From: Parasitella parasitica NRRL 2501
Taxonomy: Eukaryota > Fungi > Mucoromycota
NCBI GenBank assembly: GCA_025201805.1
Contig: MU619358.1
Location: 1 to 42,206 of the forward strand
DNA: 42,206 bases
Direction: 5' to 3'
The stretch's first letter is position 1; every line of letters begins with the position of its first letter. The translations under genes and the position numbers were made by a program. This document shows, piece after piece, positions 25,721 through 36,264 of the stretch. The notes under the pieces were generated by a model. It was not told the DNA's origin, searched no databases, and was given only the letters and a program-made list of their open reading frames with translations.

Positions 25721-26718
25721 TGGAATGGTGAAAGACGAGCGTCGTTGTTTCTTGCTGCATGTAAAAATATGTTAAGGATGTTTTTTGCAGCCACTATATC
25801 GCGATTTCAAATAATATTACAAGCGGTTTCTTGACACTGTAATACAGAACGTACTCTTCGCTTTGCTGATCGTTGCACAACGTTTTCAACATTTCTTTTT
25901 TTGCAGTTGTTGCAGACTTGACTGGTGAGGTATTCGTCTACCATTTGGACTGTAACACCACAATTTTCTTTACATTTTTGAAGAGCTTTTATGATAGTCT
26001 TTTTAGGTCCAGAACTTTTGCCTCTCATGGTAGGTGAAAACCTTCCATCTCCATAGGCAATGATGGTTTTATTTGCCTTCACTGATCCATCAAGTGGTGG
26101 AGGGCGAGAGTAAGAATTGTTGTTTCTCGTTGTTGTCTTCACATTGGTAAACACACCCGTACGATATTTGATGCTATCATGAGTAAACATCTTGACTATT
26201 TCGCTGAAAGCTTTTTGCTTCTTTCTATAACATCTAAACTTTAATTTTGAAGACCTATTCCATTTGGTTAACACATTTTTAAAATATGTATAAGAGTTTG
26301 CTACACTTACCTAAGGCCTCTGTTATAAAATTCATACATTATATCGTATGATTCAATACGCTTTATGCAAGCAATCAAGAATTTTGAAACTTCTCTGGTT
26401 TTTAATGAATCCAGTTCTGTTATCATTCTATGAGTGTTTGTGTGCTTCGCTTGATGAATCTTTCGAATGTGAGCTGCATCATTAAACCCACACAAGTGAT
26501 AATACTCCTTTTGACCTAGTGATCTCACTCTACCAGCTTGGTCAACTATAGTAGGAACCGTGCTAATTCCAGGGTCTACCACCCACACTTGGCACCCATT
26601 GTCAATATCTGTTTTCAGGTCAGATGGCTTTACGGGAAGAGAGTCTTTCTTTTTTTTTTGCTGTAATTATTGAGAAGAGAAAAGAAACTGAATAACCATC
26701 CGTGTAGATAGCATTCCT
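25699..26718 (-). pseudogene. Fanzor1 (TnpB-family RuvC endonuclease), N-terminally truncated, one intron, one premature stop, one frameshift
   Basis: IYTDGYSVSFLF; RuvC-I WVVDPG (D at 26574-26576); EYYHLCG; LKFRCYRKKQKA; IIAYGDG.F; RuvC-II VDEYLTSQVCNNC (E at 25933-25935); VLQCQETAC; *NRDIVAAKNI (RuvC-III D at 25798-25800). GT-AG intron 26255-26310; TGA in place of Trp at 25807-25809. Confidence 0.9.
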
Positions 26719-27148
26719 AATATAATTTGATAAGTTCTAAGGCATTACTAAATTAAAACTATATGAACTTGCTTAAAGATCTTCTTTCCATTGTATAAAG
26801 TTTAACTAACTATACAAACTTTATTAACATTTTCTAAAATGGCCAGCATTTCTGTCCTGAATGCTCATATTAATGTTAGAAGTGTGAGGTTTATAGTATG
26901 AGATATATAAATGTGGGTTGAATAAAAGTAGTGAGCACCAGCTCCTATTTTGAAAGTAGAACGACTTTGCATAAAGAAGAAAAGATAAGAGTAAAATAGT
27001 AAAAGAGAATACAATGGATTCAAGAGCCAAGGGAGTAATTCAAAGAGCTTCAGAGACAAAAAAGCAATGCAACAATAAGCAAGCAGAGACAATTACCAAA
27101 AAAGCAGACAAAACATTTCCGGGTTGAAAAAAAAAGGTGCTTTAAATG

Positions 27149-27169
27149 GCATCTCCGTTGGAGATGCTC
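27149..27169 (-). repeat. Terminal inverted repeat (Fanzor 5' end)
   Basis: GCATCTCCGTTGGAGATGCTC followed by TAA. Confidence 0.9.
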
Positions 27170-27308
27170 TAATTGACTCAAAAAATAGATACGAACCCCG
27201 TTCCGTGGATGATTGCTATATCGCCCTATCAAAGTGCAAATGCTATAAATACTAGAAAACTTTTTCAATGATATATAATCATCTCTTTGTTTACAAACCC
27301 TCATTATC

Positions 27309-28826
27309 ATGACCATTGCTTCGCCATTACCTCTCTCTGATATCGAAATCAAAGCACTGAAAGCCCGTTTTGAAAATGCAGGCCAAGGGCATGTCTTCAA
27401 ATTTTTCAATGACATCTCTCAAGTGGAACAAATTGAATTTTTGAATCAAATCGTCAGCATTGATGTCGATAATTTGAACGCCATCTATGACAAAGCTATT
27501 GAGGGTGCTGCTGCTTCCTCAAATTGCCAGAAAAATGACTTGCAGCCTTTGTCTCAGGATGTGTTTGATTCTGTATTGAAACAAAATGCGTCTACGTTGA
27601 AGGAATGGGAGTTGACCGGTCTCGAGGCAATTGCTCAGGGAAAGGTAGCTGTTATACTAATGGCTGGTGGCCAAGGCACTCGTCTTGGTTCCTCAGCTCC
27701 CAAGGGCTGTTATGACATCAATTTGCCATCCGGCAAGACACTCTTCCAGTTACAAGCTGAGCGTATCTTGAAAGTGCAGCAGTTGGCTCACCAGCATCGT
27801 AGAGAGCAAGACCCTGCTGAAACCATCATCCCTTGGTACATCATGACCTCTGGCCCTACCAATAAGCCCACATTCGATTACTTCAAAGAGAACAGCTTTT
27901 TTGGTCTCAAGCAAGAGAATGTGGTCTTCTTTGAACAAGGAGTTCTTCCCTGTCTGACAATGGATGGTAAAATTATCCTGGAATCCAAGGGCAAGATTGC
28001 AGTTGCTCCTGACGGTAATGGTGGTATATACAAGGCTATCCAAGATAGAGGCGTTATTCAGTCATTAAAGGAACGTGGTATTGAGTACTCTCATTGCTAC
28101 TGTGTTGATAACTGCTTGGCCCGCGTTGCCGATCCTATTTTTATTGGTTACAGTATCTCAAAGGGCACTGACTGTGGTGTTAAGGTAGTTGGTAAGGCTG
28201 CACCAGAAGAACCTGTCGGCGTTGTCTGTGTCCGTAATGGCAAATATGGCGTTGTTGAGTACTCTGAAATCTCTGATGAAACAGCTCATGAACGCCATAT
28301 CGATGGTTCATTAAAGTACGGTGCTGCCAACATTGCCAACCACTTCTTTTCCACTGCATTCCTGGAACGCGTCCCATCTTTCCAAGGTGAACTGGAATAT
28401 CATATCGCCAAGAAGAAGATCAAGTACATTGATCTTGAAACAGGTGAGCAGATTACTCCCAAAGCCAATTCTGGGATGAAACTCGAATGTTTTGTATTCG
28501 ATGTCTTCCCCTATGCCCAAAATATGTCTGTTCTCGAAGTGGATCGCGTTGAAGAATTCTCTCCTTTGAAGAATGCTCCTGGCACTGGTGTCGACTGTCC
28601 TGAGACTTCTCGTCGCGATATCGTCTCTCAACATGTTCGCTTCATTAAAAAAGCCGGTGGCAAGGTTGCTGGTATTAATATGGAAGATTGTGAAAAGCTC
28701 TTGTTTGAGATTTCCCCATCTGTTTCGTATTCTGGTGAAGGTTTAGAACATATCGTCCGCGGAAAAACTGTCAGAGCCCCTGCTACTATAGAATCATTGC
28801 AAGACTTGATTCGTGCTATTTGCTAG
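27309..28826 (+). CDS. UAP1: UDP-N-acetylglucosamine pyrophosphorylase (intronless)
   Basis: LMAGGQGTRLGSSAPKG, IPWYIMTS, FFEQGVLPC, APDGNGGIY, CVDN.L..VADP.F.G, VVEYSEI, KLECFVFDVFP, EFSPLKNA. Confidence 0.97.
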   Translation: MTIASPLPLSDIEIKALKARFENAGQGHVFKFFNDISQVEQIEFLNQIVSIDVDNLNAIYDKAIEGAAASSNCQKNDLQPLSQDVFDSVLKQNASTLKEWELTGLEAIAQGKVAVILMAGGQGTRLGSSAPKGCYDINLPSGKTLFQLQAERILKVQQLAHQHRREQDPAETIIPWYIMTSGPTNKPTFDYFKENSFFGLKQENVVFFEQGVLPCLTMDGKIILESKGKIAVAPDGNGGIYKAIQDRGVIQSLKERGIEYSHCYCVDNCLARVADPIFIGYSISKGTDCGVKVVGKAAPEEPVGVVCVRNGKYGVVEYSEISDETAHERHIDGSLKYGAANIANHFFSTAFLERVPSFQGELEYHIAKKKIKYIDLETGEQITPKANSGMKLECFVFDVFPYAQNMSVLEVDRVEEFSPLKNAPGTGVDCPETSRRDIVSQHVRFIKKAGGKVAGINMEDCEKLLFEISPSVSYSGEGLEHIVRGKTVRAPATIESLQDLIRAIC

Positions 28827-29607
28827 CTACTTTACTTTTGTCTCTCTCACTTTCCTTTTCAAACTCCCACTCCCACTCTCTCTAATGTTTTGCTTTGTAG
28901 CCTATATTCCAGTTTTCTATTTTTCATCATTGTTTAATATCTCATGACATTTTACTCATTTTACCTTGCTCTTTTCTTAATAAATTTCTTCTTGCCCATA
29001 AAAAATAATAATATATTTGTTTGTGATTTTGATTAACTTTGTAAAAATCTATGTAATTTGCATATAAGTTTGGATCATCAGCGATTTCCAAGGACCTTTC
29101 ACTTGTGATTTATTAAATAATTAACCACTATTTAACGTACAATACTGCTCCTCCCAGTTTGTATATTTAACAAGTATAAACATACCAATATTCTATATCA
29201 ATAAATCATTGTTCAATTTGATTAATTACTGTATTACAACTTTGAGCATTGCGTTCATGCATGGAAGCCCATGGAACTATATATAGTGTTTAGAGAGCTA
29301 GTCTTATTCTTAAAATTGATGAACAAAGACTGGGTTAAAGTCTTTTTATCAATATTAAATATAATGACATTTCGAAATTAAGATGATTAAACAAAATAAC
29401 CGGCTTTTATTGATTATACATTTATACTCTTCAGGCTATTAATGGCTAATGTTTTGATTCGCTGCTCTCATGTGAAACGAGTATGCAAATCATGCTGAAT
29501 CTTGTTCATATGCGCATTAAATTTATTGGTGCAACATCGTCCACAGAGTGCCACCAAGATTATAAATTGTGGTATATCTTCAATAATTTGCGTTTATTAC
29601 CAAAGAT

Positions 29608-31236
29608 TTAAACAAGCTCCATATAACGCTTCAATTCGTAATCAGTTACGGCATTTTGCCATAAATTCCATTCATGTTTTCTAGTGCTAACATAGTGGTC
29701 GACAAACTCGTCGCCCAACACTTTACGTGCAACCGAATCCTTTTTGTCCATCTCCACAGTCGCTTCTTGAAGAGTACGTGCCAATCTTTCATTGCCTGTT
29801 TGGTCACCAGCAGTTTGGCTAGGGCCTGTCGGGAGTGCTTGCTTTGTTTCAATGCCCCAATAACCACACTTAAGAACAGCGGCTAAGGCTAAATGAGGAT
29901 TGATATCTGCTCCTGATACTCTCTGTAAACAAACAATTAGATAATATATATACCACACGCAGCATGCATTAAGCCTATCTTTACCATTTCCATCCGAGTT
30001 GAACTTGCAGATGTGCTGGGTGGCGCTATTACACGCACAGCACTATGACGCGAATCCATACCCCACGAGACACTCACAGGAGCCCAATAGTTTTCGACTA
30101 GGCGTTTATAACTATATATATATAGAGCACACAATATATCAAAAATCTAATGAAAGATACTGAACAAACAAAGCTTACCTATTCACTGTTGGTGCCAAGA
30201 TGGCGAGTATGCTGGGTAAACCTCTCAGCACACCGGCCAAAAACCAGACAGCATTTTTGGTCAAGTTGGGTATATTATCGCTAGGTTCACCGATGGCAAA
30301 CACATTCTCGCCTTCTCTATTTTTTAAGCTAAAATGCAAATGACCTGAGCAACCTGGTTGATCACCATAAGGCTTTGCCATGAAAGAAGGCATGACATTA
30401 TGCTTTAGACCAATTTGCTTCATGCTAGTTTTGAAAAGTGTGCCACGGTCACCCATTTCTTTCGCCTCCTGATACAAGATGGCTGCTTCAAATACACCAG
30501 GGCCTGTTTCTGTATGCCAACTCTCAATATCCACGTTGAATTGCTTAAGCCAGTCAAAGGCATTGTAGTAAAAGTCTTGGTTGTGCAAAGGCCTTAAAAC
30601 TGAATAACCGCACATGCCCAATGTCAGCGGAGTGAGCTGGCTATGGCCCTTTTTGCTCAAGCTTTCAGTCGATTCTAAACAAACGGGTTACTATACTACC
30701 TTCATGCATGCTATGTAAACACTATACCTTTAAAACAAAAAAATTCAAATTCGACACCACAATAAGGCGATAAGCCAATCTCATGGAATTGGTCAACAGC
30801 ACTCTTTAGCAGATTGCGAGGACAACAGTAGAGAGGTTTGTTTGTAACAGGATGAAAGAGACTTACGAAAAAGAATGGTATATTATCCTCCCATGGTATA
30901 CGGCGATACGAGGACAAATCAACCTTGGCAATCAAATCAAAGTACTGGCAATCTTTACCAGCGAATTCGCTAGGTGTTGTGTAATTTTTATCTTGAATGT
31001 CCCAACCAAATATAACAGAACAGAATCCTGAAAGATATTGGTATGAGTAACTCAGGATGTGCTATTTAAAAACGTAACCTACCAAAACCACTTTTTGCAA
31101 CGTGTAAGAACTTGTCCTTGTGCATCACTTTGCCCCGTAATAGCCCATCAATGTCGACAGCAGCTACTTTGACTTTTGTATCGTTTGTGAGACTTTCTTC
31201 AATGTTGTCAAGCGTTAAAATCGATTGATTAGTCAT
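29608..31236 (-). CDS. Type I glutamine-synthetase-family (gamma-glutamyl ligase / FluG-like) enzyme, multi-exon
   Basis: VDIDGLLRGK, GFGFCSVIFGWD, GVEFEFFCF, WHTETGPGVFEAA, FMAKP...PGCSGHLHFSL, APTVNSYKRLVENYWAP..VSWG, RME.RVSGADINPHLA. Confidence 0.9.
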
Positions 31237-31584
31237 TTTTTGTGATGAATAAGGAAGAAAAAGAAAGAGAATATATTAAATGTTCAGAATATTTATGCAC
31301 TCTCTTAACATAGCTCTATACACAGAAATGCTGAGCTGCAATGTTCCTAGCTGCTAAATATCGTCATCCTCCTTCTAGCGCTCAAATTAGGCAAATTTGT
31401 GATTACGCACTTGGCAGATGTTATGAGAGGGCCCCCACCCCTTCGACTGCTACACAATAGAGTAGTACGAGCTGGTTAATTTGGTGGGCCACGTCAAATT
31501 AGGTATAAAAATCTCTCGTCTTTCGTTTTTATCATCCTCTTGTTTATTTATTCTACTATATACTTACATTTACCTACTGTTGAC

Positions 31585-32337
31585 ATGTCTGCTGCCACCA
31601 CGACCGAGACTATTTATTCCTTGGATGATGTTTCCAAGCACAACACCAAGAGTGACTTATGGATGACTATTCATAACAAAGTGTATAATATTACTGATTT
31701 CGTTTTGGAGGTAAGTATATATGTATATAAAAAATAAGAAAATGAACCGAGATCAATGAGCTCACCCATGGTCTTTTTTTCTTTGTGTGCTTTATCAGCA
31801 TCCTGGAGGTAAGTGCTTTTTCAACAGATAAACGCCTCACACGTAAGACTAAGAAAAAAAAAACTGGGGTAATATAAACAATTAGGTGAAGAAGTTTTGC
31901 TTGATGAAGCAGGTAAATAAGATTGACAGAAAAAAATAACATAGGGACTCAAGTTGGAAACGATAGGAAAGGATGCTACCGAGTCTTTTGAAGATATTGG
32001 TCATTCAGATGAAGCTCGTGAGATCTTGGAAAAGTATTTGATCGGTACCTTGGATGAAGCTGTAAGTGCACCCATTTTCAAATGGATAAAAACATGTTGG
32101 AAAGCTGATAACGTTCAAATAGTCTCAAAAGAAAACCCACAACTTTAATGTTATTCGTGCCGGTGAACTTCCTGAAGAGAGAAAGAGCTCTGGATCGTAA
32201 GTTTTTGGCTGTTGGCGTATCAGCGTATACAGATGATACTCATTACATGTCATAGATTCCTTCGTGTTATTTTACCTGCTCTTGCTGTTGTAGGTGTGAT
32301 TGCCTACAAGTTTATCCTCGCTCCTCAACGTCAATAA
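31585..32337 (+). CDS. CYB5: Cytochrome b5 (tail-anchored), 6 exons
   Basis: [53 protein letters not shown] plus C-terminal TM ([16 protein letters not shown]). Confidence 0.93.
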
Positions 32338-32512
32338 GTAAGAAACAAGCCTAAATAAAAACACTATTTGCTAAGGCCGATCAATTGGATTGCATATTAT
32401 AAACAAATCAATTTCAAATAACCTTGAAATGCACATTTGCATATATATATTGCACATCTCCTTCTGTGTCTTTAGCTTTGCTTTTTCTTCTTGTTCTTTT
32501 TATCTTTTTGGA

Positions 32513-34012
32513 ATGGGGGCATTTGTAAAACAGCAACCATATAGTACATCATCGTACCAGATTATCTTGCACCAACTTGGATTTCTACTTACAGGGTTAT
32601 GTACGACATTGGGTGTACAATGGTTATTTTATAGAGGAGCTGCTAGTAAGTTTTTTTTGCTGTAAAAAGTGTCTACATCTGTTGATAAAAATGCAAGCTT
32701 CGATGAGCCTACTGCCTCAATTGTCCTCGTATACAGGCATGTTACTTGTTGGGCTATTTGTGCCTGTTCTTCTGAAGAAAAAAGAACAGATGGCACTGCA
32801 ATATAAGTTGATTCTTTCAGAGGAAGAAGCAGACTGCCATTTATTTAAAGACCATGTAATGTAATATTACTACCCCTGATCCCGTTGCTGGGCTAATCAT
32901 TCCCATCTCCTTAGTTAATATCGTCCAAATTGGATTCAAATGCCATAGTAGAGACAGGACATCAAGATCAACAAAGTGATTTAAGGCTACCAATACCTGC
33001 TTTCATGAAAGAGGAAGGCCCAATTCCACATTTTTCAATCATTAAACTAGCATCCTTGGATATAATCGCTAGTTTTGCATTGACTATTGGGTTTTCGATC
33101 ATTGGCAGTGGAATGTATCAAGTTATTTACAGCAGCGTTGTAATTTGGTGTGCAATTTTCACTTGGTTTTTCATGGGCAGAGCATTGTCTCATATGCAGT
33201 GGCTAGCTATTATCGGCACAAGTATTGGATTAGGAATTAGTTCGCTAGATAGCATTCAAGGATCGCCACTACAGGAAGATGCCTTTGCCGCACCAACAAC
33301 AACGGTATCGGACCAAGATGGTAATACTATTAGTACATATTGGACGAAAGATAAAGAATGTGTACTTACTACATTTCAGATATATCAAGAAACTCATTAT
33401 TCAATGGCACCTTAATGACATTGGGAGGCACACTGGTATCAGGTACAAAACACTGGCGAAAAATTTACGATTTTTACTTGGACTGATTAGACGTGAAACT
33501 ATTTTTTTTGTTTGTATTTTAGCGTGCATCTATGTGTATGCTGATAACATTCTCTCTAAAAGTGATAGACAGCCTTTGCCTGCAAGAGTGTGCTGTTGGA
33601 TAGGCGTTTACACATCCCTTTTTACTTGGCTATGGATTTCTGTATATACGTTGCCTCAATTTAACGACATTATCCATGTGGATGCAGACATATCTACTGC
33701 AAAAGTGGCTTTTATGTATTTTATGGTTACAATCGCAAATGCATTGCACTCTTGGAGCTATTATGAGTTGATTGAGCGCACTGGAAATGTTGCTACAGGC
33801 ATTTTACAAGGAATACGTGCTATACTAGTATATTCAATTAGTCACGTTTGGTACTGTCAAGAGGATTCAGCACAATGTGAGTCTTTTGCATGTCTTGTGG
33901 AAGTAATAATCAATAACTAACGATATGACAAATAGGTTTCACGACTTCCAAAGGATGCGGATCAATTATTGTTATCGGTTGTGTCCTGATTTTCACATTA
34001 GGTAAAAAATGA
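32513..34012 (+). CDS. DMT-superfamily (SLC35F-like / nucleotide-sugar transporter-like) membrane protein, multi-exon
   Basis: Many TM helices; GSGMYQVIYSSVVIWCAIFTWFFMGRALSHMQWLAI; VATGILQGIRAILVY. Confidence 0.8.
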
Positions 34013-34810
34013 GATATGCCCTAATACTCTTGAAACAAAAGACACAGCTAAATCATTTAGTTTTGAGGAAAACGTCCTTTAATAAAATTTACTTGCTTAA
34101 CCCAATACATGAAAGAACGTTTGTTTGTTCAAAAGTGAAAATGTGCAGCCGATTGGAGACTCTGGGTGGTGAACTCGATCGATTTTCAATAAACCAATCA
34201 ATCACCCAACGTACTATGATGACCATGGAGGTTTTCCATATGCATTAGTCTTGCACGTTCGCAATAGAAGTTCAGGCAAACACAAGACGAAAGAAAAACT
34301 CTTTCTTCAAGTGTACACGAAAATCAAAATCACCCTGGGATAGGTCGTTCATGTCCCGAAGCAAAAGTTCTACCACATTTGCGCTTACATGGGTTGAAAA
34401 CACTAGGGATAAATTTTGAATATCCTATTCAATTCTTAGTACCACCAAATTGTGGTTGACTCGTGCTTGTATTAGTGGTAATAACTATATATGAACATGG
34501 AATTAGAGGAATTAAAATAGGCTTTACAATGATAGGAATAATCTGATAAAATGATTACAAGACATGGAGGAAAAACAGGTATCTCATACAAGTAGATGGT
34601 TCTTGCCTAAATAAACGAAACAGCCTATGAAAACGGCTGGGAGAATCTTCCCCCAGGTTTTTCAAATTGTCCAAGGGGTGAGATCAACAGGATGTCTCGC
34701 GGGAACAATAGAAAACTCTAATCCTTATATAAATGGCGGTTAATCCTTTTCAAGTTTCCCTCTCTTTTTTTCTCGCTTTCAACTAAATTATTACCGATAC
34801 CTTCATGTGG

Positions 34811-35694
34811 ATGGAAACAACAGAAAATACTACATACGGTACTTGTCATATACAAATTGAATGTAAAACAATTTCCTAATGCTTTGAAAAACATGTTTAG
34901 AGAAGAACCAAATTCGACCAAAAATCCAGCAACAAGCACCCGAAGTATTCGATTGCTATCTGGAAGATGATGACACTGCTACAGACACGGGCAGAACTAT
35001 GAGCAGCATCGCAGACAGCCAATTTCACCACCATGAATCTCCATCCATTATTGATAATGCTGAGGAAGCATCCACTTCACACTTTGAAAGCTTCATGAAA
35101 GACCCTGATAATAGTCGTGTATCCAGGTATCAAAATACTTATTTTATGGATGGTGGGAACCGTTTTATTTCTGTAAGTTCTAGGTAAAACATGATTTTTC
35201 TCACATTCATATTTATCACTGTTATTTAGTTGCCAACATTGGGTAACACAAGCACCAAGGCAGCATCTCATATTTCAAGAATATTTGAGGATTGGCTCCA
35301 AAATAAACTTTATTACCAGAGTGCAAATGATGGGCTTGAAAGACTGCCGATCTTGGAAGATTCTGTAGAATTGCTTGCTGAAGATGTTGTCAACAAGTTG
35401 AAATCACGAAACTCGATTCGAGGTTTATCAGGTCTTTCTCGTATTCTGATCAAGATTAGAACGGGCCATGTCTATACCTATCATCAATTAGAAGATGGCC
35501 AACCACTTATCACCGCTGATATGGAGGATTTCTTTCAACAATTTCCATTATTTGTCGAGATCATCATTTATACAATGCCAAAAGAGTCTGATCAGTCATC
35601 TGATGATGTGCAGCTTTTATTAGCGGTTGAAAATATCACGGTCAATCCATCTGATCCTTATCAAATCAAGGAAGATATACAACTGATTGCTTAA
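34811..35694 (+). CDS. Hypothetical protein, 3 exons
   Basis: ATG at 34811; two GT-AG introns join the ORFs in frame (METTENTTYEKNQIRPK...QIKEDIQLIA*); no recognised domain. Confidence 0.65.
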
Positions 35695-36264
35695 TAAGTT
35701 TTTTTTATAGGTCAGCATGATAAATACCCTCCTTCTCCCCTTTTTTGGTTGAAATAACATCAACCTTTCTGTATATACCGCTCAAGTCGTAAATTTCTTT
35801 GACAGATCAACTAATTTTTGTCTGACCTCCCTATATATTTGATATAAATTAATTTGCCACAGATGTAATTATGATTAATAGCATCATCTAATGAAATAAA
35901 CGTGTAAAAGCTTAAATTTATTTTAACAAAAAGAGGCTGCAATACACATATATATTCTATATTATGGAGAATACCCATTACTATCTGATCTACAAAAAAA
36001 AAAGAGTGTACATGAGAACACATGTGTATGCGCGATAATTTTACCCAAAGCATTTATCCAATTGTATTTTGACATATGTATATCATATACACCGTCGATC
36101 TTACTGTACACATTATTAATTTTATTAACCATTAAAAATACAATGCAGTAATTGTGTGGAAATTATTTTCATTGAGAAGAGTTACCAGAAAAGTTATTTA
36201 TTCGAATAAAGCATCTCGCACGTTTTAATTGATAATTTTCAGCCAATAAATAATAGTCGTACAA

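Larger units (their letters stand above)
25538..27169 (-). mobile_element. 1632-bp non-autonomous TIR DNA transposon (PIF/Harbinger-like) carrying a Fanzor gene
   Basis: Left end GAGCATCTCCAACGGAGGTGC (25538-25558); right end GCATCTCCGTTGGAGATGCTC (27149-27169), a 20/21 inverted match; TAA on both flanks (25535-25537, 27170-27172); no transposase ORF inside. Confidence 0.88.

Noticed and set aside
25807-25809. In-frame TGA in Fanzor as recoded Trp or selenocysteine
   Set aside because: Neighbouring nuclear genes use TGA as stop and TGG for Trp; a TGG->TGA mutation is simpler.
26824-27092. Short hydrophobic minus-strand ORFs as a transposase or Fanzor N-terminus
   Set aside because: No DDE or Myb motifs, and I could not splice the ATG at 26868 in frame to the TDG exon.
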